Under the pieces are notes generated by a model. The model worked only from the letters and a program-made list of their open reading frames with translations. It was not told the origin of the DNA and ran no database searches. A DNA stretch of 64,000 nucleotides from Camelus ferus (Eukaryota): NCBI RefSeq assembly GCF_009834535.1, contig NC_045697.1:98706001-98770000 (forward strand), written 5' to 3'. Position 1 is the stretch's first letter. Every line of letters starts with the position of its first letter. Position numbers and translations under genes: made by a program. Below are positions 25,756 to 38,000 of this stretch, piece after piece.

Positions 25756-26429
25756 CCATAAGCACTTGTAGTACTCAGAAACTTCCTTTCAAGGAGAGCA
25801 ATGCTTAAAGAGGCAAGACAAACGCAATACGGCAGTGTTCACCTATGAAATACTTTTATAATGCACTCAAGTCACTGCTCTCCAGATACCAAGTTTCCAA
25901 AGACAAATATACCATAAAATGGCTGAAGGCAGTGATACTGTAATCCTTTTATCACTCTATGTTAGAAATACACTGAAAGACATGAAATTCAGGAATACAT
26001 TAAAAATACAGACTTTTGTTTCTCATTTTTTCTTTTGTGATAGAGTAAGGTCACCTTCAAAGCCTTACCAAAAATGAAACAGAGTGTGGTAGGCACTGGA
26101 GGACTAATCGCCCCCCAACTGTTTACCCCCAGAAGCCGTTTCAAATAAATATGTCACTAAAATAAAAACAGTGTGCTTGCTAAGCACAGTTTTAAGACAA
26201 GTTCCCTAACCAAGATGTTCATAATGAAAAGAAGGAAAATATATTCATCAGAAATGGACTGAATATTTATGCATTTTTTTCATTTTAAAATAACAAATGA
26301 ACAATGACAAAAAAAAAATAAAAACACCCAAACAAACCCTTAAAGTATATAGGAGTAATTTAAAAAGAAATACCATTTGCATAATAGAAAACTTGTTGGA
26401 TAATCTATCTCAACAGATAAATCTTACTT

Positions 26430-29400
26430 ATTTTTAATCAACTTTACCTAGGTATATTTATATAAATGAAATGTATCCATTTTAAGTATACAGTTCTATG
26501 GATTTCCACAAATGTAGACATCCTTGTAACTAGCACCACAATCAAGAAACAGAATACTCCTATCACCCCAGGATGCTCCCTTGTACCCCCTAAACCAGTC
26601 AAATTCTCACAGCCACCATCATATCACCACCTACTCCCCCACCATCCACCTACATGAGCAACCACCAATCTCTTTATTCCTATAAGTATACCTTTTCTAA
26701 AATTTCATATATATGAATTCAGCAGGTTGTGCTCTTTCGTATCTGAGTTCTTTAAAGTAGCAAAATCCTAAGATTTATACAAGCCGTTGCATGCATCTGT
26801 AGTTCATTTCTTTGTATTGCTGAGAATTCCACTATATGGATAGACTTGTCTTTATATGGCTGTAAATGCTCCTATTAACGTCCTGCTATCCTCGTCCCTT
26901 CCTTTCCACTCCATATTTACCTACAAATCAGATTACCAGATCATATGGTAATTGTACATTTAATTTTAAAAGAAATGTCAAATTATTTTCCAAAGTGGTT
27001 ACATTCCCACTAGCAATGTATGAGAGTTCCAGTTGTTCTACATCCTCCCCAAACATGCTATCACTCTGCAATTTTTGCCATTCTGTGTAAGCATACAAGT
27101 ATCTCCTTGAGTTTTGACTTTGCATTTCCCTGATGGCTAATAATGGGCATTTTTAAGTGTGTTCATCAGCCATTCACATATTTATCTGTTCAAATTTCTT
27201 TCCCATTTTAATGGATTATCTCTAACTTATTATTATATATAATCCAAATATAAGTCCTTTTATATATTCTGAATATAGGTATATGTATTATAAATTTTTT
27301 TTTCCAATCTTTGGTTTGCCTTTCCATTTTCTTAATGGGTTGTTTTTTAAAGAGTAGAAGCTTTTAATTTAAATGAAGTTCAATTCATTTTTTCTTTTAA
27401 AGCTCATGTTTTTTGTGTTCAATTACCTATTTTAAGGTTGAGAAAATACTGGTTTTTTCCAAAAATTTCATTTGAACATTTAATTCTATAATCAATTTTG
27501 AGTTAGTCATTGTGTACAATGTGAGAAAGGATCACAGTTCATTTATTTGCTTATGAATATCCACTTGTTCCACCGTCATCTATTAAAAACTCTATCCTTT
27601 CTCCACTGAATTACATTCACACCGTTATCGAAAATCAATCAGATTTATGTGGGTCTGTGATTTCCACTAAACTACAAGTCTGTCAGTATACTAACACCAC
27701 ACTGTCTCAATTACTGGATCTTTATAGTAAGTCTTTAAAACAGGTGAGCCCTCCAACTTTGCTCTTAGCACCATAAGTCTTCCAATCCATACACGTGGTA
27801 TATCTCTTCATTTATTCAGGTCTTTAATTCATTGCTTTAATTCATTGCTGATTTATTCAGTGCTTTGTAGTTTTCCATGTACAGATTGCTTATTTCATTA
27901 AACTTAACCTTTTGGTATTTTGCTGCTGTTAAATAGTCTTGCTTTTTAAATTTCATTTTCAATTGCATTTTCCTAGAATATGTAAATACAATGATTTTTA
28001 CATATTCCCCTATCCTACATTTATTTTTTAGTTCTAACAGTTGTGTAGATGTCTTAGTAATTTCTATGCACACAATTATATCATTTAGAAATAAAGACAG
28101 TTTTATTTCTTATTTTCCAATCTGTAAGTCTTTTATTTCTCTTGCCCTGTAGCAACGCTGCCAGCGTGATGTTGAATAGAAGTGGTTACAGCAGACATCC
28201 TTGCTTTGCTATCAACCTTAAAGGGAAAACATTTAGCCTTTCACCAGTAAGTGTGATGCTGACGTGGGTTTTTCAAATGACGCACTTACCAAGTTGAGGA
28301 AGTTGCCCTTTATTACTAGTTTAGGGAATCTGTATAATAGGTTTTGAAGTTTGGCAAATGGGCTTTCTATGGCTACTGAAAGGATCACATGATTTTTGCT
28401 TTTTCCTTTGTTAATATGGTGAATTACAATGATTGATTTAACCTACCTTCTTGGGATAAATAAACCCCAGTTGAGACATATGATCCCTTTTATATGCTGC
28501 TGGATTTGACTGCTAGTATCTTATCAAGAATGTTTCTTTTCTATGTTCGTGAATATTGGTTTGTAGTTTTCTTTTCCTTATTTTTTCACATGTTTTTTTC
28601 TGTTCTCTCCTCTCATTCTGAGACTCCAATTACATTATGTCAGACAACTTGATATTGTGCCACAGGAAACCAAGTCTCTATTCTTTTTTTTTCCCCCGGT
28701 TTTTCTGTGTGCTTCATAATGTAGTTTTTATTACCCACTTCAAATTCACTTGTCTTTTCTTCTGCAATACCTATTTTTAATCCTATGCAGTGAATTTTTC
28801 TTTTCAGATCATATATATTTCATGTCTAAAAGTTTTATTGGGGGGGAGGTTATAGCTCAAATGGTAGAGTGCATGCTTAGCATGCATGAGGTCCTGAGTT
28901 CAATCTCATTATTTCCTCTAAGAATAAATAAATAAGTAAATCTAATTAAATCCTCCCCTCTGAAAAAAAGTTTCATTTTGTTCTTTTGTATCTTTTATGC
29001 CTCTACTCTCAGGTTCATGCTTTCTTTTAAGTTCTTGAGCATATTTATAACAGCTCTCTTGAAATCTAATTTCATCATATTATTTGTATTTCTATTTTCA
29101 CTGACAATTTTTTTCTCCAAGTTACATAATGATTGTATTATTCCTGCTTCCTTGCATTTAACATGAATGGGTATTACATACGTAAATTTTACATTGTTGG
29201 GTACAATTTACACATTGTTGTCTTATTTTAATAATGTTTATTATGACAGTTATATTATGGATCAGCTTTCAAAGTCTATTTTCAAAACTTTCTAGAGCAA
29301 GTTTGGACTACCCTTTATTCTAGGGCTAGTTTAGCTCTACTGTAAGACAAGTCCCCTCTGGAGTCTCTACTGAATGCCCTGGACACTTAACAAGGACTCT

Positions 29401-29800
29401 CTAACTGGGTGGAACTCTAATACGTCCCAGCCCTGGGTGAACTCTGTAGATTATTTTCTGTAAATTATTGAGTTTATACCTTTCTGGTCATTCTTTGCCT
29501 GGCTTCTTAGAATTTCACACTACACTTGGGCAGCTCTTTTAACTAAAGACTATGGGACTCCAAGGCTGAGTTTTTTATATTCTTTCTCTGACCAGCTTCT
29601 TCCTCTCAAATACTCTTGAGTCCTCAAAGTGGTTCCATTAGCCTCTCCAATTCCAAAGTCTGTTTCCTCAATTCAGTGAGACCATGACACTCTGCTTGGA
29701 TTCCTCCTTCTCTCACTGTGGTTCAGAAAGGGCTCCAAGAAATAAGTCAGTACAGTCACTTCTCTTTCCTCAGGAAGCACAGTCTTGTGCTGCCCATTGT
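26430..29800 (-). mobile_element. L1 (L1MB/MC-type) antisense fragments
   Basis: Antisense L1 3'UTR and ORF2 motifs (tttgcatttccctgatggctaat, gatgttgaatagaagtggt), with ORF1/5' remnants further right. Confidence 0.8.
28840..28965 (+). mobile_element. tRNA-derived SINE (Vic-1-like)
   Basis: ggggggaggttatagctcaaatggtagagtgcatgcttagcatgcatgaggtcctgagttcaat; TSD aaaagttttatt/aaaagtttcatt. Confidence 0.9.
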
Positions 29801-29805
29801 CCAAC

Positions 29806-30068
29806 TGTCTTGGTCCATTCGTGCTGCTGTAACAAAATACCAGACTACAAGGCCCTCTTCCAGGTCAGATTTCTTGTTGAATCCTCACATGGTAGAAGGG
29901 GCAAGGGATCTCTCTGAAGCCTTTTATAAAAGCACTAATCCCATTCATAAGGGTTCTTCCCTCATGACCTAATTCCTCCCAAAGGCCCTATTACTTGACA
30001 CCATCATCTTTGGAGATTAGGATTCAACATATGAATTTTGAAGGGTCACAAACCTTCAGACCATAGCA
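29806..30068 (-). mobile_element. MST/MLT1A-like MaLR LTR, internally deleted
   Basis: tgtcttggtccattcgtgctgctgtaacaaaatacca...ttcagaccatagca; 5-bp TSD ccaac/ccaat. Confidence 0.8.
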
Positions 30069-30319
30069 CCAATGTTTCCAAACTATGGTTTCATATGTTT
30101 TGTTCGTTTTCCTAGTTATTTACAGTGGGAGTATAAATCTGGTCTCAGTTACTCCATCACAATCGAAAGTGAAAGAATTCCCAATCTTATTTGTCTGGAA
30201 GAAGATGCCCTCTAAAACTTCCATTCATTTTGTTTTTGAAAATAATACTTAAATCCTTTTTCATTTTTTTCTGCATTAATTCCCCATTTCTATGAGACCT
30301 ACTTACATTTCCTATTCAA

Positions 30320-31290
30320 AAGCTGCTCTGGCTATTCCTACATGTTTACTCTTCCATACAATCTTTAGGCCAATATAATCAGTTTCCCCCAAACTTGCCC
30401 TAATATTTGATAGAGATAGAATTAAATATATGGATTAATTGGAGGAAATTGACATCTTCCACAATATTGACCCTCCCCATTTCTCTTATTCAAGTACAAA
30501 GTTTATCTTTGTTTATTAAAGTCTACTTCAGTATCATTAATTTTCTTCAAACAAGTCCTACATATTTTTTACATGTATTCCTCACTACCTTATATTTTTT
30601 GTTAATTTTCTGAAAGAGATCCTATTTTCCATGATCTCTTCTAACCAGTTTTCTTACAAAAGAAAGTTAAATATTTTAAATGTTAATTTTGTACTCAAAC
30701 TCTTATTAATTCTAATGGCTTTTCATGGATTCCTTTTGGTTTTCCCAGGTAGAGAATCATATTATCTGCAAATAATAATTTGGTCTTCTTCATAATATTT
30801 ACATATTTTATCTTGCATGATTACAGGAAAATATTAAATAATAGTAATGGCAGTGCCCAATCTGACCTTCTTTTCAATTTTAAAGGAAATTCTCCAGTCA
30901 TTCACCAGTAAACAGGGTTCTGGCTTGATTTGTAACAGTTTTTTTTTTAAATAATGTTAAGGAAATATACATCCAAATTTATATTACTTAAGTTTTTATC
31001 AGGACAGACACTGAATTTCATAAAATCCTATTTCATTAAGTATTTTATCCCTACTAACATATCATATGTCATATTAGTAGGAACATGTATTACATTAATG
31101 GTTTTCTTAATATTGAATTATCTTTGTGTATCTAAATCCTATTTGGTAAATGGATTTTTTAATATATGACTACATTTTATAAATTTATTACTATTTTATG
31201 ATTTTTGTATTTACAATCCTTAGTAAGATTGTAGTTTACTCTTTTTGGTATCTTTGTCAGAAATAGAATTTTTCTAATTTTATAAAATGC
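30320..31290 (-). mobile_element. Old L1 ORF2 antisense fragment
   Basis: ggattaattggaggaaattgacatcttc and atcatattatctgcaaataat motifs. Confidence 0.65.
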
Positions 31291-33109
31291 ATTACTTTTA
31301 TAATCAGGAATAAAATTATAAAAAATAAAGCCTAAAAATCACTAATGGACTCTCCAAATGCCCACCACTTTTTAAATATTTATTTTTTCCTTCAGATTCT
31401 GGAGCTATGGTAATAAACTCCTGACAGGTCACTTTTTTCCACCCCACCCTACATTTTATAGTATAGGTATTATAGGTATGTATTATAAATTTATTCCTAA
31501 ATAGTTACTTTTAGACAAAATTCTCTTTCAAATACCACTATCCCCAAAACTCCCTTTGAAAATTAGAAGGTATTTCAGATACTAGTGGTTTTCTTCCTTC
31601 TAGGAATTCTCTTCCCCAAATGTTTCTATAGCCCAACCCCTTACTTTATTTAGATCTAAACTAAAATGCCACCTCTTCAGAGAAGCCTTCTCTGTCCACC
31701 CTAATTAAAATATCCCTACTATCTCTCCACTCATCTCCAGCCCTGATTTATTCTTCATAGCCATTCTGAAATACTTTATCCACAGTGTCTAGAGAAATAT
31801 CTGACACACAGTAAACGGTCAATTAATATTTGTTGCAGGAAGAAATGAAAGAGGGTAACCACATGGTATAATTTGAAGAAAAAGTCCTCAAGAATAGTTT
31901 CCTCCTTTCTGGTGCCACACTACCTAAAATTCCTGTGACCACCTTATAAGGCTACCAAATAAATCATTAGTCAATAATGCTTTAGTAAAATTATTTCACT
32001 TATCAGATTCTTTCTTCCAAAATAATCAGTTTTTCAAGCCATGAACTCTTAGGGTTGCATACAAATGAAGGAAAATATAGAATCTTCCAGAAACAAACTG
32101 TTACACTCTTTTTTCCCATAATAGCAGTATCCAATCAGCACAAGGTAAATATACTCTGCCTACTGTTCGTAGCAGCTCCCTCTACAGAATTAAAAACCGA
32201 AAGAGTAAAACCATGGGACAAAAGAGAAAGCACTTGAAGAAGCAATCATTGGTCTGGGTGATGTAGGAGGCAATGGAAGTCCCCTAAAGTCCCTCATTTC
32301 TTTGGTGAATCATACCTGGAAGTGATCATGCGGAAAGTGAATCTTTAAGGAAAAAGTAGAAATCGATTGAGAATAAAGCATGTCCTTTAGCTGTGGGCTT
32401 CTCTTAATGGACTTTGAACCAGTTTTAGATTCAAATACAACAGGAACATTTAAGTTATCAAGCCTATTGAAAACAAAGGAAAAGTACCTTCACTTTACCC
32501 CCTTCCCACTGAATTTACCATAGCCATCTTTGAAGACTGAACAGACACCAAGCAAGCAAGAAAAAGAATCCAAACTCCAGAACACAAAACCTGACGTCCT
32601 AACTCATTTCTCAGCCGTGTCACTATACCACTGTGTTGGTACTAAGTACCAGTAACAGCAGTGTCTTTCAAAGAATACAGAAAAAATAGGTTTTTTAAGT
32701 ACAACAAACTCTCCATCTTCCCATCTTATCTCTGACCAAATATTTGTCCATTATTGTGCAGCATTATTATATTTTAATTTAGATTCTTCCCAATATTCAG
32801 TCTTCACTGAATGGTGGGAACAGAAGCCAGGCCCTGTGGAAGTTCATATATTTCTGGTACTGTTATTTTTCTACTCCCATCTCTTATTCTTTACTGTTCT
32901 CAATAACAAGAAAATAACCAAATATGCTAATGATGTAAAATTCTTCAAGTAAAAAATTTCAAAAACTGAATTTCTTTTCTGATTTATAAATTACCTAAAT
33001 TCTTAAGTATATAATATATGATTAAAATATGATGAATTTCCAGGCTGAATTAGATGTAAAAACAAAGATAACAATTAAAGGAGATACAAAATTCTAAATG
33101 AAAATGAAT

Positions 33110-33217
33110 GAGGGGCGGGTATAGCTCAGTAGTAGAGTGCATGCTCAGCACGACAAGTTCCTGGGTTCAATCCCCAGTACCACCATTAAAAATAAGTAAA
33201 TAAATAAAACATAAATT
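33110..33217 (+). mobile_element. tRNA-derived SINE (Vic-1-like)
   Basis: gggtatagctcagtagtagagtgcatgctcagca...ctgggttcaatccccagtac; TSD aaaatgaat on both sides. Confidence 0.9.
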
Positions 33218-33596
33218 AAAATGAATCTTATTTAGTTATTTAGGTACAGCATATAACTATGCACTCTAAAATCCCAAACAACGGATTTTATCAAGATTTT
33301 CAATCTCTCTCTCAACTAATACTACCACACTCTTTCTTTCAATATTTTCCTCCTGGTTCAATCCAATCAACATATGCATGTTCCAACAACTCAAGCAACT
33401 CAGACCCAGCAATACCTTCCCTCAACCTTCTATTACCTATGTATAGTAATAAACCTCATGGACACATGACATACATGTACAGTTTCATGCACTGTACATT
33501 TCTACTCTCAAATACCTGTTTCCCATTAAATTCAAAATTACTTCATGCATTGACTTCTATGAATAAAACAGAAATGAAATATATTAGATGCCTAAC

Positions 33597-33668
33597 CTCT
33601 TGATTTTCTACTCCATTGCTGGAAAGCTCCAAAATAGAACCTCCACTGTGAACCACTGCTGATGTCAT
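33597..33668 (-). CDS. ELF2: ELF2 first coding segment (aa 1-24, MTSAVVHSGGSILELSSNGVENQE)
   Basis: ATG at 33668-33666 in context AAACAATGA (A at -3); 72 nt open; phase-0 donor GAG|GTTAGG at 33597/33596. Not in the ORF track because it is short. Confidence 0.95.
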
Positions 33669-33835
33669 TGTTTATTCCCTGAGGAAGCTTCAAACGCTAT
33701 TAATCAATGTAATTAAAGGTTCATGGATGATTGCCAGTATTACAGGTTTGCATTATCATGTTTTAAAAGTCAACAGAAGTGGAGTAGAGTAGATATCCAG
33801 AAATCCAGTCTTCTAAAGATGATTAACCAGAAAGC
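33669..33835 (-). other. ELF2: ELF2 5'UTR part of the start-codon exon (whole exon 33597-33835, 239 nt)
   Basis: Strong pyrimidine tract and AG (ttcttcccttttttag|GCTTTC) at 33836-33837, 167 nt upstream of the ATG. Confidence 0.85.
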
Positions 33836-35116
33836 CTAAAAAAGGGAAGAATTTGAAAAGTTATTAAAACTACACAAGGAGGATATAAAACAACATATTT
33901 TGCAATCTAATTTTTAACATTTTTGTAAACTAAGAAAAAGAAGATAGGCCTATACAGCCCTGCGTCAAAAGAGGGCACTAATGAGCATTCTGCTTAGAAC
34001 TGTCAAGTTCTTGAACAATTTGAAATAAGATTACAATCTGAAATAATGTTCTGTTGCACATGAATGACCTTATTATATTTATATTCTAAGACATAAAATG
34101 TTGTAACCTTCTCTCTTGATGAAGATATACTGTTATTCCTGAAATATTTTGGTAAAAATTCCTGACATTTAAACAATTTTTTATGCACTGAAAACATTAA
34201 ATGTGCGGGACAGTGACAACTTCTAAAATCATTCGTCTCTAACAAATTAGAAGATTTATTGGTTTGTAAATATTTCATTCTTCTTTGGCTCATTTGGTTT
34301 GTTTATTTGAATAATTAATTAGAATTCTCTTTTGGTTATGGTAGCAATCATTTTGTGTTCACATTTTGAATATTCTATAAGGTCTGTAAAACAGATTAAT
34401 TTGAGTTATACTTTCAAAAACAGTAGTTTGAAAATAAGGTAGTAAAATGACTTAGAATGCCTTTCATATTACTTTATCACTCTTTCCTCAATTTTTTTGC
34501 CATTGGTTCAAAATGCAATGTAGCAAGTGATTTCAGTAAACGTAATTCAAGCTTTTCCCCCAGTAGAGATGAGTGTCATTATGTACATCATCTAGATTTA
34601 TACATTAGATTATTTCTAGAAAGTTACATTTTATTTTATTTTGTGTATGTTAAATATTTCATAGAGAAATTAGAGATTTATTTCTAATAGTATTTTTTAA
34701 TATAAAAATTAAAGAATGTAGAAGATGTAAGTATATTTAAAGAGAAAAGAATATACATTTCTAATTAATCATTCCATTAATACTGTGTCCTATATTAAGT
34801 TTGAACACTGGTACCATACAGATATAGAAATAAAATAATACAGAATTTTCATAAACTGCTATAATAAAAAGAAATACCTGGGGAAAAGAGCAGAAATTTC
34901 ACCTCACTATCTAAGACGCATCAGTACTACTAGTCTCTTTTTGATCTTATCAACAGAAAATGGGATAAGATGTATTTGGATCTTAAGAATGAAAATTAAG
35001 AAAAATCCACAATCCCATCACACTAAAGCTCACTATTATCATATTAGGAAACAACTATTTTCAATTTCTGATTTCTAATCATATAGATAATAATAGCAGA
35101 AATAAATTTTACTTAC

Positions 35117-35204
35117 AGTTTGAATGTTAAGTAGTCTAAGCATCTTTCACTATTTTCACAACTTGGCAAGAGCTAAAATATAGACCAGCAGTTCTCTGGA
35201 ACTA
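35117..35204 (-). other. ELF2: ELF2 non-coding exon 2 (85 or 88 nt, NAGNAG acceptor)
   Basis: Donor ACT|GTAAGT (plus-strand acttac, 35111-35116). Acceptor ttttcccccccacTAGTAG|ttccag gives exon starts at 35204 or 35201. Non-repetitive context. Confidence 0.8.
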
Positions 35205-36199
35205 CTAGTGGGGGGAAAAAGATAGTATTAATATAATTCTATTAAAAAATATTTTGCCCAAAGTAGGTGTGATTCAGACAGTATACACTTATTACAACAA
35301 ACCATCTCCAAAGCTTGATGGCACACATTATGTAATGAACATATAAAGAAATTATTCCTAGGCTATTGAGGAATCAGCAGCTTTTTTCAAACTTGAAATT
35401 TTAAGTCACTACTAAATAACAATTACTGAGTAAGGACAGAGCCCAAGACATATAGCCCATGCCCCATATTATGGGTTATATTTCAATCAACCAACAGGAT
35501 TTTAACAAGTGGCTGCAGGCATAACCCCAGAACCCCAGGAGTATAAAATCAAGTTTAAAAAGACTAACCCAAACAACTATTATAAAACAATATTAATGAT
35601 ATATTATTGCCTGTTAACTCTCCTGCTACTCAACTTTCTGCCCTCTCACCCTCCAAACTTGGCATCCATATACATCCAGACCTCCTAAGCCTCTTCAAAT
35701 AGCCCTCCACCTTTCTAAAGCTAATCTGTTGACCTATGCACTGAATCTAAGGTCTTGTTCCATCAATTATTCCCTCTTTTCCCTTAATTCTCTTACTTAA
35801 CATTGAGTCTTTTCCCTCAACATCTAAACATTTACAGATTCTCTCATCTTAAACATGACTCCTCCATGATCCTGCATACATACCCCTTCAGCTTACTGCT
35901 CTAGTTCCTTCCTTTATTGGGTAAGACTCTACAAAAAAAATCTTTCATATGCTGTCTCCACTTCCTAATTTCTCAGGTACTCCTTCTATGGAAGTTAGGC
36001 ATCCATCACCACCAAATGAAATTTTTACTAAATTCTTCTTATCAAATCCAATGCATACATTTCTGTCTTCATAGGACTTAACATCTCTGAAGCATTTGAC
36101 AGCGCTGATCACTCCCTCCTTGAAACTCTATCTTCAAATTTATCTTCTCCCTCGCTAGCTACTCCTTTTCAATTCCCTCTTGGAGGCCCACTCCTAATT

Positions 36200-36817
36200 T
36201 TCAAGGAACTTGAAGAGTACAAATGTAAGCCCATATACTGTATGTCTAAATAGTTTAAAATTATAAACCAACCTAACAAAGCAGTAAATTATTATTCTAT
36301 CCTCCTATCTTGACATACACAGTTTTATAACAACCTAAAAGGCAAAGTTCTGATTTGGAATTCTAAGACTCAAGCTCTACAGGGGCACATGGGCGGACCA
36401 TACCACCACCCCACCCTGCCCCTTTTTCTTGTCCCACCTTTAGCTCCATTCCATACTACAAGGAACCTCATATACATGCATGTGGACATCCCAGACAACA
36501 TGTCCAAGCTCTGGCCATAGGACCGCAAACAGCTGCCACTTGGCTATCCTCTAGGCCTATGAAAGCCCATACACATGCTACAGTCAAGAGAGGAGAGAAT
36601 CAAAGAGTAGACCTGTGAAAAGCCACGTGGACAGGAATTCTGGGATTCAAACACTCATAGCTCAATCTAGAAATGGGTACCAGATGGACTAGTTCCCTTA
36701 GCCCCTCAAAATCCTTATCCTATCAGGAGGGCTATGGTTAGAGGAAGGCTAAACGAGGACCTATAAAGCACAAGGCCCAGAGAAAGGTTCTCGCTTGGGT
36801 AAGTCTAAGGACAGTGT
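36200..36817. mobile_element. MER115-like hAT-Tip100 element inserted in L2
   Basis: gcccatatactgtatgtctaaatagtttaaaattataaaccaacctaacaaa...ttctatcctcctatcttgac resembles recalled MER115; L2 sequence on both sides (~35600-36200 and 36820-36990). Confidence 0.6.
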
Positions 36818-37069
36818 TACTCTCTGGTCAACTCTTACCCATGTGGGTGTTTCCAGGATCCCATCCCTAGTCCTCTTCTGACTGTTTACACTCTTCTAAG
36901 CTTTCTCATGTACTGCCATGGCTTCCCTCAAATCTCTCTTTCAGTCTAATTTATGGGCTCCAGTTTGTCTACTAGACACTTTCTTGCCTCTACTTCCTTG
37001 TGAAACTATATAGAGTATAAATAAGTAGTAAGCATCTATTCCAGGATATCCCAGGGACTCCATTAATTA

Positions 37070-38000
37070 AATCAGTCATTTCACAAATATTAACTGAGCA
37101 CCTTTTACATGCTAGTTTTCAGTTGCTAGAGATACAGTGGTGAATAAAGCAAAAGTCTTTGTTCTTGTGGATCTTATATTCCACTAGGGTGAGATGAAAA
37201 TAAGCAAAATATGTATAGCACACATACAGATGGTGATGAAGGCTAAGGAGAGTGAACCAAAAGGAGAGAATATTCAGCAAGGAAGAGGGTTTCAATTTCA
37301 AACTGAGTAGTAAGAGAAGAATTCACTGAAAAAGTGACATGAGTGAGAAATGAAAAAAAAGAATGAGTTGTGCCAATGACTAGGGAAAGAGACCTCCAGC
37401 CAAAGGAAAGAGAAAATTCAAGATCGTAAGAGGGAATACTCCTGACTAGTTCAAGGATCAGCAAGGAGGCCAATATGGCTGGAGTGAAGTGAGCAAGAAG
37501 AAAGAAGATGATGACAGAGAGGTAAGAGGAGGGGATCATGTAGGCCCTCTGTGAGGACTTTTACCCCAGGGAAAAGGAGAGGTTTATGCAGAGAGATGAC
37601 CTCTTCATTATAAGGATCATTCAGATGTTGGATTGAGAATACACAAGGGGACAAGCACAGAAGCAGAGAGATCAGTTTGGAAGCTACTATAAAGATTAGG
37701 TGAGTGGGGAGGGTAACATTCAAGTGGTAGAGCGCATGCTTGGCATGCATGAGGTCCTGGGTTCAATCCTCAGTACCTTCTACAAAAATAAGTAAACCTC
37801 CCACCCCACCCCCCAAAAAATTAAGTGATAGTGGCTAGTACTGAGTGGTAGGTTCTGCAGAGAGTGAATAGTGGTCAACTTTCGGGGAAAATTTTTTTCA
37901 GGTAAAATGGGCAAAATTTGATAGCAAACTGGATGTGGGGTGTGAATGAAAGAGTCAAGAATGAATCCAGAGAAATCAGTCAGAGTATCCGGACTAGTCA
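37070..38000 (-). mobile_element. L2 element (3' end at left)
   Basis: cagtcatttcacaaatattaactgagcacc, agcaaggaggccaatatggctggagtga and actggatgtggggtgtga motifs. Confidence 0.75.
37706..37818 (+). mobile_element. tRNA-derived SINE (Vic-1-like) nested in L2
   Basis: aagtggtagagcgcatgcttggcatgcatgaggtcctgggttcaatcc. Confidence 0.88.

Noticed and set aside
28840..28910. tRNA-like sequences with A and B boxes (this copy and seven others)
   Set aside because: They are SINE heads with A-rich tails and often TSDs, and the copies differ by many substitutions and indels; not tRNA genes.
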